A stretch of 64,000 nucleotides of DNA from assembly GCA_951406725.2 (NCBI GenBank), contig OX597817.1, positions 101,866,001 to 101,930,000 of the forward strand. The letters are read 5' to 3'. The position numbers were made by a program, and so were the translations under genes. The stretch is from Octopus vulgaris. Its lineage: Eukaryota. Under the pieces are notes generated by a model, which saw only the letters and a program-made list of their open reading frames with translations, was not told where the DNA came from and made no database searches. Shown piece by piece: positions 1 through 14,038 of this stretch (the first letter of the stretch is position 1; every line of letters starts with the position of its first letter).

Positions 1-50
1 AACAAAGTTGTCGATGTAGCTTATCTTCGACTAAAACAAAAACACAAATA

Positions 51-1334
51 CGAGGGGCGTTCAATAAGTAATGCCCCTGACCCACTTCCCATAGCAGTAG
101 AGCAACGAAACTTGGCACAGTTATTAGTCTTTTTCTACATAGGAACCACCCAGAGTTACGCATTTCTCCCATCGTTTGATGCGGCTCTGGAGACCGTTTT
201 TGTAGAATCCAGCTTGGTCCTCCAACCTCAACGTGACTTCAGAAATCAAGGCTGCATCATCTGGGAAACGCTTTCCTTTCAAAAACAACTTCATGATTGG
301 GAAGAGGTGAAAATCAGAGGATGCAAGGTCAGGAAAGTAGGGGGGGTGGGGAGGAGTTCATAGCCATACGCCTGTGCTTCTGATCTGGCGACAAGCAAGT
401 TGTGGTCCGGAGCGTTGTCCTGCAGGAGGAAGATGCCTTTGCTGATCTTGCCCCGCCTCTTGATTTTAATAACTTCTCTTAATTTCCTCAAAAGTGAAGC
501 ATAATAGGCTCCTGCAATTGTGGTACCCTTTGCCAGGAAATCTGTCATCACTACTCCGTCCTGGTCCCAGAAGACTGTGAGCATGACCTTGCCAGCGGAG
601 GGCTGCACTCTTGCCTTCTTTGGAGGGGGTGAGTCACAGTGCTTCCACTGCATTGACTGGGCTTTGGTCTCTGGATCATCGTGATGGACTCAGGTTTCAT
701 CCTGTTTAATCAGTCTTTTGAAAAATTTTGACTCATCTTCTTGGCACATCTCCAAATTCACCCTCGAGCACTCGACGTGTTCTTGTTTCTGGAAAGGCGT
801 GAGCAACCTGGGAATCCATCTGGCAGACACCTTTTGCATATGCAAATGGTCATGAATGATAGTTTCCACAGACCCAGTACTAATCTTGACCTCATGGGCT
901 ATTTGGCGAATAATTATGCGTCGATCTTCCAAAATGGCAGCCTCAACTTGACGGACAGATGCCTCATCAATGGCAGAAGGGGGCGACCAGATCTGGGAGC
1001 TGTTTCCACAGAATTCCGACCATGTTTGAATTCACGATGCCAGCGTTTTACAAGGTCATATGATGGGGCATCATCACCATAAGTTACTTTCATTTCATCA
1101 AAAGTCTCCCGTGGTGTGCGTCCTTTCAAATACAAAAACCGGATCACTACTCGACACTCAACAGGCTCCATTTCACACTTGACTCGGTTCAAACACCTGT
1201 AAATCAGAAACCACAATTCAGAGCTGTAATTTGCCACTTACTTTATAGAGATATAAATGATTGCACATGCAAAATTTCAGCTAGATCAAACAACTGCAAG
1301 TGGTTCAGAGGCATTACTTATTGAACGTCCCTCG
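51..1334 (-). mobile_element. Full-length mariner (DD34D, irritans-like) transposon with frameshifted transposase
   Basis: 37-bp TIRs CGAGGGGCGTTCAATAAGTAATGCCCCTGACCCACTT (3 mismatches) flanked by TA at 49-50 and 1335-1336. Minus-strand ORF pieces 914-1237, 690-932 and 291-653 give the HTH region, WIPRLL, QDET, KVMLTVFWD and QDNA motifs. Confidence 0.95.
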
Positions 1335-1419
1335 TACAAGGACGCGCACACACACACATACATACACACACACACACATACACACACACATACATACACA
1401 CACACACAATACATACATA

Positions 1420-1582
1420 CGACGGGCTTCACATAGTTTCCATCTACCAAATTCACTCATAAGTCATTGGTCGACCCAGGGATATAGTTGAAGACACCTA
1501 CTCTAAGGTGGCACGCAGTGGGACTGAATCCAAAAGCTCGTAGTTGCGAAGCCAGTTTCTTGCCCACGCAGCGATACTTGCG
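1420..1582 (-). mobile_element. tRNA-derived SINE, 5' part, preceded by (CA)n/(CATA)n
   Basis: Diverged copy of the SINE at 56341-56833 (acgggcttc...gtgggactgaa). Confidence 0.8.
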
Positions 1583-3124
1583 TAATTATTTTATTATGCA
1601 TATCAATTTGTTTGTAAAACTAAAACAATGCATTTCACTTGAAGTTCACTGTTACTGAGTAATTAATTCCGATCTTTCATATAAATGCTCAGGATAGAGG
1701 GGGATTACCTTTGCCATTTGTATATGGTAATGTGAAGACTATTTCCTTCACTTTTGGAGTCAACTTCAAACATTGGAAAATAAGTTTTGTTGAAATTATT
1801 TCAGTATTTTTAACATTCGGTATTTTTATATAGATTTTAACATTCAATCGTTCTTATAAGTCTTAAAAGTTTTTTCTTTTTCACCTATTTGATTCCATCT
1901 AGTGTATAAATGTTAAGAAAATAAAAAGTAAAGATAGTGTTCTTGATCTATAGCTTTCACTGATGGCAGTTTTGGCTCCTCTTTGGAGCAAAAGGAATTA
2001 AAAAGAAGTGAAAAAATACAAAATTGTGAACTGTCAAATTAACTGTAAGGTAAACTAAGTTGGCATCAATAAATACTTTATGCGCATAAGCAGATAAATT
2101 TCGCTGTGAGTGACACATTGTTTATCTTTGTTACGAATAAGTAATGAATTAGATACAATTAACTGGCACTCACTAGCACAGTACCAACACTTTTCTATGA
2201 TTCCTGATAACTCAGCGACATGTTGTTGTGCTAAAGTAATGTTTAAAATATGCAATTTCTCTAAACCGTAATTCCAAAGATAAAGAAATGTAAACAAGAC
2301 TTCAGCAGAGAATTGATATATGGTGCAGTACATACAGGACTAAGTTAAATGCCAATTGTTGTGATTAATCACAAAAGACCCTAAAACTCATTAATATCAC
2401 TGAAACTCTAATACTAGATATAATAAAGTTTGCTTTATCTAGTATGGTCCAAGTTTATGAAGATGCGACACAGTATTTTTATTTGAAAGAAATACCGGAT
2501 CTAGTTAGATTGGCAGAGTCTACATTTTTTAAAAGGATGTAAAAAATCTAAAAATCGGTTATACTGATGTAGTTTTCCACTCTTTTTGCTGTAAACCCAT
2601 GATCTTGTGGAGAAAAAGAAAATTGAGGTAAAAGTCACAAGATTTAAAAATTGGGAAAACTGTGTATTTTTAGCCAATAGTGCAACAAAAATTTTCTGCA
2701 TTGTAACGGTGTCAACTTTAAGGTTCTACCCTGTGAAATTTATAGTTTAGCATCTGTGCAATGATCTGTTACCTAATAAAGTCAACATGTATCATCTTAT
2801 TGTTTCTTTTGTCTCTTCATTGATTTCCATAGTGTTTTTTTATATTTTTAATATTTTTTAAAAGTTTGTATATTAATATATTTGTCACTCAAAAATTGAG
2901 TAATATTTTCATGCTTGAATTCGTAAACTACAATAAGAATAACACTGATCAACAAAGAATTTGTCCCAAGAAAAAGAATACTTGTATCTTACATGTTTTT
3001 GCATGCAGAATTTTAAAATAATGTCAAATTATCTGTATCACTCCACAGAAAAATTAGAACAAAATGCGCAGGTGAAATGAATTTCGTGGTGTGAAGAATC
3101 AACACAGTACAACATGTGGCATGC

Positions 3125-3668
3125 AAAATTTTTTTTCCCACAAGCGTTCTGGACCCCAGTTATGAACTCATTTGCATACAGCCAATCAGAGCTCAACTAT
3201 TAAACTAACTTATGAACGCATAACAAGTGATGGGCAATAAAATACGGTCATTTGGGTAAGGAATGACCATGCTTCTATTCTCTTTTGATAATGCTTGTGT
3301 TCTTGTTCTTGGTTCATCCATGGCTGTCTCTGCATAGTTATTTGTGTTGTTGTTTACTTTCTGAAACAGTAAGGGGAGAGGGTTGCTAGCACATCACCCT
3401 CCACCCACATTTTTCTCATCCATATCTTTACCATATGAGGCCCTAACAAAATCTGATAAAAGGTATAGATGCAAATCTATCTAATTACTTGTCTCTTTCT
3501 AAAATCAGGCATAACTTTGCGATCGATTGACTTACAACACTGTTCTTCACCTTGAGTTTACTTGGTAGAATGTGTTTGTTAACTTGACATGGTCAAGGTG
3601 AGCTCTGATTGGCTGTATGCAAATGGATTCATTACTGGGATCAGAAACTCTCATGGGAAAAATTTTCA
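3125..3668. repeat. ~70-bp inverted repeat pair (MITE-like) carrying octamer and CCAAT motifs
   Basis: CATTTGCATACAGCCAATCAGAGCTCA at 3169-3195 is the exact reverse complement of 3599-3625; the outer ~45 bp are also similar. Confidence 0.8.
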
Positions 3669-4069
3669 CAAGCAGTATAGACGCAGGTGAAGTGAAACAC
3701 AACACAACGTGTGGTTGTCATGGTAACAAGCTGTTAATGCCTCATTGTCTGTTGATTGGCTAAAATTACCCAAATTTCCCAACTTTAATTCCAAATAACA
3801 TCAGATTCTTTAATTTACAAGATAAAGTAATTGGTTGATTGTAATCAAAATTCAGAGTTGCATCAATACACCAAAAGTGAAAGCAATCTGAACAAAATTA
3901 AAGGGGGCTGATTTTGTGAATCAGTTTAACTAGATCCACAAAAACCCATATTGTTTGTTGTGGCTTGTTTGTCTTAAAGAATTGTAACCCTGTAATGGAC
4001 ATGCTTTAAAATGTAATTCATTGTAAAACAACCTCACAATTAAAACTGCATAGAAGTAAATGTTCTGCA

Positions 4070-5260
4070 ATTATGAAGAATACATGGAGCCGACATTTTG
4101 AAAAGGATTTAATGAATGGTACATGAGACTTGTTTTGGGGCGAGTCAGATTGCATCTTTGATATTGCAGTGATTTATTTTAGCCAAAAATGAAGGGAAAA
4201 TATTTTCAACATATTTCAGTTTTGTTGTGCTTGAAATATGTATTGTTGAACTTCTAGCAAGTGAACTGAATTAAAAAAGAAGAAAAAATTGATATTACAT
4301 AACTTATAGCAGTTGGCACTTATAACAAGTGTGGTAGTGGCATAAAGATGTCACTTAAAAGAGAAATTCCATCACTTATCTTAATGAGATGTGTGTCAAT
4401 CTCTTCAATTAGCAGCTTCAAATGCATCCTTATCTCTAAGACATACAAGTGATTTTCTTTATCATCCCAAAGACAAATATATATATATATATATAGCTGT
4501 CATATAAAAAGCTACATGAAGTTATAATTGATGGAAAATCACTTGAAAATTTCGGCTGACTGTAAAACAAGATGAGTTTCCATTGAGTCTACTGTTGGAT
4601 GCATCAGATCATAATAGTTTGAGTTAAGAACCCACTTTGGTATATGAGACTGAATGAAAGTGTTTTATACTTCAGAAATATTGAGTTTAAAATTTTGGTC
4701 AGCTCTTCATCTTACATACATCAGAAATTTTTGCTGATATCTGTAACGATGAAAAAAAATCTAATCATCCTTCTCTTTATCCAGTTTTAGGGAAAGTATG
4801 GAAAGTACAAGACAAAAAAAGCCCCACAAACAGGATGAATTAACTCATCTCTTCCAATAATATTCAATGACTGAAAGATTACACAGCAATAAGACATGAA
4901 GAAATACATCTAAGAAAAACATTTGTAGTTTCTTCTGTATATTTTTCACCAATTGAAGATCTTAAGGAATGCATCATTATAGCTGGTTGAAAAAATTCTT
5001 CTATGAAACAAGCAACTAACTGCTTTTTTAATTGAATTCATAGAAGCATTTCATTCGATCAAACCAGTATAAAAATATTAATTAGATCTACAACAAAGAT
5101 ATTGTAAATTTCTGGAGTGAGAATGATCCTGTATAAGATTTATCTAAATAAAGCTATTCGAAGTTGCAGAGTTTGCTATTTTGACAATAATTTGTCCCAT
5201 TCTAATGCTGAAGTAGAGAAGGTATTATTTAGTAGCATCTTAATGAAGAAATACAACAGA
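4070..5260 (+). mobile_element. Highly degraded hAT-like transposase remnant
   Basis: Conceptual peptides DEFPLSLLLDASD (4571-4609; resembles the SLLxDESTD catalytic motif) and LSHSNAEVEKV (5192-5224; resembles the hAT dimerisation motif PxSNAxVERxFS). No intact ORF. Confidence 0.45.
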
Positions 5261-5917
5261 ATTTAAAATATTTACTGCTACATTAACAATAAAATTTTAG
5301 TTTTAAAGGGGCAATAATATGTTCTAAGGACTATGTATTACCAAAAGAAGTAACCAAAGCTAGGTATATTAACATTTTAGTACCCCACTCACTTTTTTCT
5401 AAATGCATATTTCATTAAAAAAATTTTATAGAGATGCATTTTCGAATGTGTATTTTTTTATTGTGTTGATGAAACTAAAAAGATTTTTTTATATTCAGAA
5501 AGGAAAGAAGTTTGTGCCTGGTTGTTGCACAACATAATAGAGTGAGATAAGAGTAACAGAGTGCATTGCAGGATATTATCTAGAACTCTTTTGATTTGAA
5601 CTGTAGTAGGGTTAATTATTTCAGGACCAAATACTTTCAACTTGTATTGTAAGCTAAACGTAAACACAGAAATATTGTCATGTCTAACAGTTTTACATTA
5701 ATAATAATCAGAATAATATCACAGATTTATGTTGTGTAATGGCCATCGGTTGTTGAATACTTATAAAGATATGGACATCTTTTTTTTTATTGTTTGCAAT
5801 TTTAAAAATTAATTTCCAAAAGCATGATAATAATCTTCACCTTCAGAAACGTTTTTTTCTCCAAATAGTTATGAGGAAACAAAGTTAGCAAGACTGCCAA
5901 AAGCTAATAGTATGATA

Positions 5918-6641
5918 TGAAGTGCATTCCAGAAGTTTTCAGACTTTTTAAGAGTGACAGTTATAACTCTCCTAGATTAGAAGGAATATTGCTCTTGTGA
6001 ATTATGCAGTGCATTCCAGAAGTTTTCAGACTTCTTTAGGAGAGGAAGTTATAACTGGCCCAGATTATTGTAATATCATTAGTATACATCTAATAAGCTG
6101 ACCTGCCCACTTTTGTTAATCCATATTGAAATAGATGGCTGTAACAGCACTTTGAACACACATTGCTTGTCATAGCTGTCTAGGTTGCAGAATGCAGTCG
6201 GGACGTTTATTTTCTGGATGAAGATCATTGAGTGTCTACAAAGGCAATGAGTATACAGTTTGGAGTTGGTGTGACAACTATACATAGAATTATTCATGAA
6301 GATCTGAACATATGCCAAATTCCCAGGTAGCTCAGTAATGAACAATTGGACAGAGATAGAAATCAAAACTGCTCTTCACTCTCCCTACAGTCCAGGTCTT
6401 GCATCCTGTGACTTTTGGCTGTTCTCAATACTGAAGAAAAACCCCAGGGGCAGTTGTTTTGAAGATGAAGGATGCCGTGACAAGGATCCTGGGCAACTTC
6501 AGTTTGGAGGACTTCCATAGGACCTTCACGAAGTGGTTGTAGTGCTACAATAAGTGCATTGAAGGAGGTAAGGGTTTTATACTTCTTTGAAATTAATAAA
6601 TGTCTCCCTTGAAAAGTTTGAAAACTTCTGGAATGCACCTT
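5918..6641 (+). mobile_element. Internally deleted mariner derivative with duplicated left end
   Basis: TIR core GTGCATTCCAGAAGTTTTCAGAC in left-end copies starting at 5918 and 6005, and inverted at ~6612-6641. Transposase remnant HSPYSPGLASCDFWLFS in ORF 6338-6520. Confidence 0.85.
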
Positions 6642-8849
6642 TATAGCTTTATATTCCCCAGCTTACTTGCTTCTTTCTTAGCATGAAGAGATATTGTTCT
6701 GGAATCAAGTATGGAATTATGTAAGCTTAAAATGTTTTATCTTTTCTTAGTTTAAATGTATACATTAAGAGATAAGATTACCTTATATGAACAGTTTCAA
6801 ATCGATGACAGTAATTTCATGAAAGCAAGGCTGTACTGAGGAACACTGCATAGAGTCATTTCTGACACCAACATTGCAATGTCAAATTCCTGAAGTTCAG
6901 AACTGTATCTATGGCCTTGTAGTTGAATGATCTCCCTTGCAAGAAAGATTATAAAATAACCTCCATTTCTAAGTTTCTCAAAGCATCTGTGTCATGAAAC
7001 GTGATTCTTAATTATTCAAGAAGCTTAGCATTTCTCTTGGAAGTTTCTAGAATGTCTAGCGTTCCATTAAAAAAACAGCTTGCTAACCCTGCTCTTTGCT
7101 TCTTAGTCAATTAAACTTAGAGCCATTCACGTCATTGCTATGTCCATCTATTTCTCTACACCACATGACTGAAAACCACCACTTAGCTGTTATTTTTATA
7201 TTTCCTGTCTCTGAACTAGTGGTAACTAGATAGTTACTGCTACAGCCTCTAGCACATTCAATGCTATTGATAATATTACAGCTTTCTGACTTCAGCAAGA
7301 AGCAACAGGATACACAACTCTAATGATATATTCCATCCATTTCTTATGACCTAAACATGTGAAATTGGGTTCCCAACAATCAACTATGTCTTATCAAGAT
7401 CAGAAACCAGTTAATGCAAGCTCAAATACAAGCTAGCTGTTTCAAGGATTAAACCCTCATTTAAACTCTGGTATTCACAAAACAATTATCTCAACTAGGT
7501 CTTTATCAGTCGCTACACTGCCAGTAAGAATATTTGTTAATCATGCACATACCTTCATAGGTTGTTCAAATAATGTTTAGATTGACTTTCTCAGTGAAGA
7601 TTAATAACAGTTTGAATACTGTTGAACAATAACATTTATTTAAAATACATTTTTTTAAAAACATTTTAATTCTATCTTTTACACACACACACACTTTCTC
7701 TCTCTTTCTCTCATGAAAAATGTCATGGCTCCCTATGGTACAGCCACTTAATAGTAGACTTATATAGTAAAAGTCGTCTTATTTTTAGGTCTGTGTTGCA
7801 TTGTCTTTTTTTTGAAGTCTGTGTTTTGTTGCATTGTGTTGACAGACTTGTGCTCAAAATTCCTGCTTTTTAATCAAAACTTGATTACTATAGTGACAAC
7901 CCTATCTATCTATTTATCTTTCACACACACGTTCTCTCTCTCCCCCTTTTTCTCACTGTATTTCATTCTCCTCCCCTTTCTACATATATGCTGTGACGGG
8001 CAGACAGACAGAGATCATCTTGACTTTTATAATATAGATTGCATTTCGATTAAATCTACAGCAACACTGAACAGTAAGTATTGAAATGTATCAGAATTGT
8101 GCACGAATCATGAGATTTCAGATTCCATCCGACTGAGTAGCATCTCGGGTAAGAGTCTTTTACCATTACTTCAGGTGGAAAAACTGAAACTGTGCAGAAG
8201 CCTTTCAGATAGATTCCATCTGTAATTCAAGGTACAGCTTTGTTATGCTATCTGCCTGCATATGTAGGCGGAATACTCAGTCACTTTTATGCTAATGCAA
8301 AGAATTAATAGTTCAGTTGATCAAACAACTAAATACCAATCGTTGGAACCGACAGAGATCCACTTTTAATTTCTAGAAAAAAATTTGGGAAACTATTGTC
8401 CTCAGATGAAACTCCCTTGAACACTATCTCTTCAGGTAGACAAAACATTTTTTGAGATCAAAGTAATGTAATGTGTATTTCTATAATTAAACTAAAATTG
8501 AATAATTAATAAATCAATCATTTCATTTTCTTAAAATTTTGGTTTCGAAAATCTTCACTATGTATTCGTGGTTTTTTTTTTTTCTTTTTATCGGAGGTTT
8601 TCTGTCCTACTTTACATTATAAATGTGGAGGATTTGTCCTTGAAAATTTTATTCTGAAGGGTTCTACTCTTAGAAGAGTGTGTATGGAGGATATCTACAA
8701 GACAGAAGGTACCTATACATAAGGTGTAACATGGAACAGTTCTTGCACACAAAACATAGCTCACTATCAGAACAAATCCCGATAAAACAAATAAATAAAA
8801 GTGGCTTCCACACCTTCACAAGAAGATTTAAAATAACGAACCACAAGCC

Positions 8850-9450
8850 AACGAAGTAACCTTCCTACAAAAAGCAGAATCCCATTCTCTCTCAAATGAC
8901 ACCCTTTCGTCTTCAAGCAAGGAAGGGTATATTGAATAATGTGACCCTTGACATATTATAGCTGAATAAAATACAGGGCGGTCACAGCAAAAATGCCTCT
9001 GATCATTGGTTCGCTTGATCAGAGCTGGCTGGAGCTAAATAACAACTAATACATTTAACAGTAGCAAGCTGTTCTTGTCCTGTAGCAATTAATTACAGCA
9101 ACATACACTTCGTTATTTGTGAATTAAATCTTGGTTACAGACAAATCAATGATGTTGGCTGAGGCTGACCGACCACCTACGCTTTCATTAAAGCAGACAT
9201 AGCAATACCAAACAAATCAGTACAAAATAATGTATGCTGTCGGTATTTAACTCAGATCAGTACTAACCAGTAGATTTATGATCAAAGGCATTCCTATTAC
9301 GACCATCTCATCTTGTTTTTTCTTCTTTTAATGTATCCAGGATTATACTGTTCAATGAATGCTTATTCAAGTAGAAAGTGATTGGACGAATTTTTGTCTG
9401 CTATTTTTAGCAGGTTGGATGACCAAGTAAGAAACTCTCGAGTTGATTCG
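8850..9450. mobile_element. Two oppositely oriented degenerate copies of an interspersed SINE-like repeat
   Basis: Motif gatcaaaggcattcc...gaccatc or its reverse complement; similar copies near 12000, 38150 and 54740. Confidence 0.55.
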
Positions 9451-9665
9451 GGGAAAAAACTGTATTTTCAGATGAAATTTCTGAATAAATAAATAAATAA
9501 ATTACTTCTTTTTTTTTTTTTTTGCAAAATACATCAAAGTTTTATTACCAACAGAGATAATAATTATTACATATATAACACATATGTATAATATATAATG
9601 CAAAACTACATTAAAATATAAACAAATTAGCATTATTGAAGAATAGTGGTAGTATTTATGACATA

Positions 9666-9678
9666 GGAAGTGACGTCA
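9666..9678 (+). promoter_or_regulatory. Overlapping ETS-CRE composite motif in the proximal promoter of the plus-strand gene
   Basis: GGAAGTGACGTCA ~130 bp upstream of ATG 9807, in a locally CpG-richer patch. Confidence 0.6.
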
Positions 9679-9806
9679 TGCTGGGTCTTTTCTTTCTATA
9701 CGACTCAGCTGTGTGGACATGCGCAGTGTTCTATATCTCATGTTAAGCGTAGTCGTCGCTTGCTGGAAGGGAGTTCTGTCAACATCTGATTGTTCTCCCA
9801 ACAACC

Positions 9807-9862
9807 ATGAGGACTGGTGTTGATTTGGATAGCCATTTCGAAAATCTTGATATGACATTAAG
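9807..9862 (+). CDS. FAM104/VCF-like protein, coding exon 1 (MRTGVDLDSHFENLDMTL+AG)
   Basis: Start context aaccATG; donor AG|GTATGT; phase 2 matches the next exon. Confidence 0.75.
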
Positions 9863-12800
9863 GTATGTTTGCATATATTTCTTCTATAATAAACCTAATT
9901 TTCATTCGTGCAGAATCCTTGCAAATATTTCTCTATATTTGATGGAATCCTTCAATTCTTTTTTGTATTTTACATCCCGAACATTTTATAGTTTTATCAA
10001 CCTAACTTTGAAGAATCCTCTAACTTCATGCTACAGCTATCGTTGCGTAATGTATTGACATTACTGTCGGTTTTTAGTTCTTGTATATTGTGTTAGTGTT
10101 ATAGGACGATATGGAAATATAAATTAATTCGACACCACGAATAATTAGTAAGTAAATAGTTATTCATACCGATACAAACTTGTAAATATGTAAAAAGAAT
10201 AATGAGTTGTAACTCTGGACAGTATAGATGGTAATTTGTCATGTATAAGTTCTCGACAAGTCCGTGATTTGGCTCTTATTTGCTCCCAGTTCAGCTCGGC
10301 TGATCAAAACTTTAACAGTCCGTTTATTTATTTGTGTATTTATTTATCTATTATATATATTTTCTAACACTGTATCTGAGACTTCATTATTTTTTTCTGT
10401 CCTTCATTTTTAGACGGTAGGATGGTGTTTGTATCTGCTATTTCTAGCTAGTGAAGGGACCACGTAAAGGCTTGTTATGATTTGGTTTCGTTTGACGTCA
10501 CTTATACCCTTAAAAGTAGAAAGTGAAAACCAGTCTGATTTCCACTACTTTATAAATAAGAGTTCTATTTACGTAAATCGATATTCATGCAATACTGTCG
10601 ATAGTCATACAGTCATTTAGACACCGCAATGCCGTATCTAAAACTAAGGACTGTAAAATGTAGTTGATCGCCGTAGATTACAGGCTTGTCTTATAGTTGT
10701 ATAGCTTCATCCTAAAAATAGGAGTCGTTAAATTAGATTTTATAATGACAGCATACACGCTCAGTAGCCATGTAACTTTTTGCTGTAAATATGATGTTCC
10801 TCGCACAATTAATTCGTTTCGTGTATATTTCATATACTTATACGTTTATTCCTCACGTGTTTTGCAGTATATGTAGTAGGTAATCAACAAAGTGCTTTAT
10901 ACAGTGTTCCATGAATGTATAATGTCCCTTGTCATCCGTGTCTCGTACACTCTTGCTAATTTCTTTCACCCTATTTTTAAAGGTTACGAAAAACGCATCA
11001 TATAGGTTAAATAATGTTTGATCACAAAATATTTTTTAAATTATTTAAAAATTTAAATCCGGAATACTTTCGTTATGAACATAAAGAATAAATCTACTCG
11101 CAGTAAATTTGTTTATCCATAACTATTTGGTAGCTAATTTTTATTTGATACATATGAAGTTGGTTAGTATCGTGTTTTGTCGACATAGGTGTCTAACTAA
11201 CCTATTAGTAATATTACCAATGGTCTTCCTTTCCCTTTTTATTTTCTGTTGAAGTCATACATATGAAGTATTTTCAAATAAAGTTTGAGCGATTTCATTT
11301 TTTTCTTTTCCTTTCTGCTGCTTTCTATTTTTAGACATAGTATTTATTTAGCTTTGCCTTTGTCAGTGTTTCTGAATCAGCTGATTCAATGTTTGGGACT
11401 TAAAATGTTGCAAGTTATGAACCTAATTAACTTACGTATAAATTCTTATTTTCAAATTCCTCGTGAAAAATTCAGATAAATAGATACAAAGTTTATTTAA
11501 TTCAAGCATATTCAACTGTTTACGCACGCACACACACACTTACACACAGAGTAATTCGTGTAATAATGAAGTTTTATTACGAAGCAGCAATCAAAATTCA
11601 TGCTTTAACAAATAGACTGGTGGACATTCATATTTCAATGGATGACTGTTAAAAATGCATTCTGTTCAGAGTTTTTAATATATAACTATAATGGTATCTT
11701 GTACTAGAGTGCATTGCTTAGTCGGGTTTAGTGAATTTGATCGGTATTGTACAGCGTCCGCCTCGGATGGATGAGTAGTAAAGTCTTCTCCAACGAGATT
11801 TGAAGAGAGAACAAAAAATGATGAAACAGAACTATTCGTTTCTTCCATGAGAACAACGATATTTGTAAATACAATACATCATCGTTTTACTAGTGCTGTG
11901 AGCTGTTTTAACCAACTGGATATTAAACCTCAAAGTATGAGCCATAACTTATATATTCCATAAAATCGACTGAGATGATTATTTTGAAGTTGTTGTTTAA
12001 CCTCAATCTGGTCTAGATCTAAGGCGTTCCAGTCGCGATTGCCCTATCCATGACGGCAATGTATGATTTGAGAAAAATATGGCTGCTATTTTTAGCAGGG
12101 CGATCAACCACGTAGAGGCTCCCTTATTGGCTAGAGTATTTTCAAGCTCAGGCCAATGGATGGCTTTCTGATAGTGATTTTAAGTTTGTTTAATGTCAAG
12201 GTCACCCACATAGCATCTGGAAAATGGGTGCTTCTAATTAAAATTCCAGTGTGTGTGTGCGTATGTATATATATATATTATATAGCACATAAGATATACA
12301 CAAAAAATAAAACTTCTTTCTAATCATGAGAATCTCTTGAGTATTTTTCACAGTAATAACAATGCTAGCTGCAGGGTTTTTTTTTGCATTTGTGTCAAGC
12401 ATAGTAATGACTAAGAGTTAAGATCTGGTCTGGGACGATTTTACCTTACTCTCTTTCATGATCGATTTTAATCGAAATAAATATTATTTAGCCATAAAAA
12501 CTTTTTTTTTCTATTGTATATTTTACTGCATCTCTTAAGATTGTATTTTGGTTGACGTAGGAAAAATAGCTGTTTAAAGAATTCAGAAAACAGTGAAGTT
12601 GGCTTCAACATTTATAAGTGCATAAAACATAAAAAAGCTAGCCAGAAAGAAGTATGCAGTAAGGCAAAAGCTATATTAATCAGTAATTAATATTTTAACT
12701 TTCTAATAAGTATGGGAGGCAATTCTGGACAAGCTATGGTTTTATTGTGTCCTCATCAGTGAAGTCAGGTCTTGTTCAAATATTAGACTGATACAGAAAC

Positions 12801-13576
12801 TCTCAACACTCTAGATCTCTTTTTTGCCTTTAAATCTGATCTTTACACAACCATCTCATGATTGTTTGATATCTACATACCTCATATCATGCTGCTACAC
12901 AACAATTATTTCCACTCAATATTACCAATTCTACCCTAACTACCCTTGGCAAATGTTTTAGTTATGCCCCTCCAAAAGAGTTAAATTCGCATCTTAAGAT
13001 CTAAGTTGCTGACTCTCTGCAAAGTAAAGAAATATTAGAGTGTTATTCATGCATTAAACTGGCACTCAGCAGTGTCATAAAAATCTATGTGATTGATTGA
13101 TTGATTCACTTGTCATTACACTGTGAAAGATAATGCTAGTTCTTCTCACTAAATCTTTTACCAATTTTTTTACTTGGTTTTTACTCTACTGAATTAGCAG
13201 TCTGTTCACCCTGTGCACCCACCTGCTTTGTTTTTCTTAGACTCTGCACTAAACATTATTCCAAATGCATTAATCTAGGCCTTTTGCTAAGGTAAAAAAA
13301 AATAGAATGCAGTACAACCTCATATATGTCATTCTAAAATTATCCAAGCAATTTCTAGTAAAAGAAAATCTGTATCAGGGGAGTGGTTTAATGATTCTTG
13401 TATAGGTTTTGGACAGAATTTTGAAAGCTCTTAACACTAATTTAATAAAGCATTTAGAATTATGCCATTCTATGCCTATTTTCTATTTAAATATTTAATT
13501 TGCCTTCTATTGATCGTTTTCAATATTTTTTGTATATTCCTGCTTTGATGGTTTTTTTTTTTCTTTCTTTTCCTAG

Positions 13577-13663
13577 TTGCTGTCGCAAACGACCTCGGAA
13601 TCTTGAGGATGAATTTGATGAAAGTATTCCGATATCTAAAAGAATAAATAGCCTCTATATTGA
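13577..13663 (+). CDS. FAM104/VCF-like protein, exon 2 (CCRKRPRNLEDEFDESIPISKRINSLYI)
   Basis: Long polypyrimidine tract plus TAG acceptor; GA|GTAAGT donor; open frame with an NLS-like RKRPR. Confidence 0.85.
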
Positions 13664-14038
13664 GTAAGTTTAAAGCAATCATTTCTATGTCAAAGTTTTC
13701 AATGTTATAGAACTAAAGAGATTTTAGAATTTGCAAAAGTTTGTAGACTAAGAGATTTTCTTCAGTCTAAAAACTTCCCCATGTATACTCTTCTCAGTAA
13801 TCTTGAGTGCATTTAATCTGCAATTTATGTCTTTGTATTAGTATCTTTTAATATCTAAGGAATGTGATCACTGCTTAGAAATAAGCAACTATAAGTTCTG
13901 ACTGTTGGATGGGAAACAGTTATTGAAGATAAAATTATTTGAATCAATTCAAACATTGACCTCAGTGCTTATGATATAAATGAATACTGTTACTGCAAAT
14001 AGTTAGCTGTCAGCCCTCAGTCAAGGAAATGGCTTTAA

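Noticed and set aside
12715-12765. Minus-strand CTGATGA-ggaca...tgtcc hairpin
   Set aside because: Followed by AGAAT rather than GAAA, with no stem I or III.
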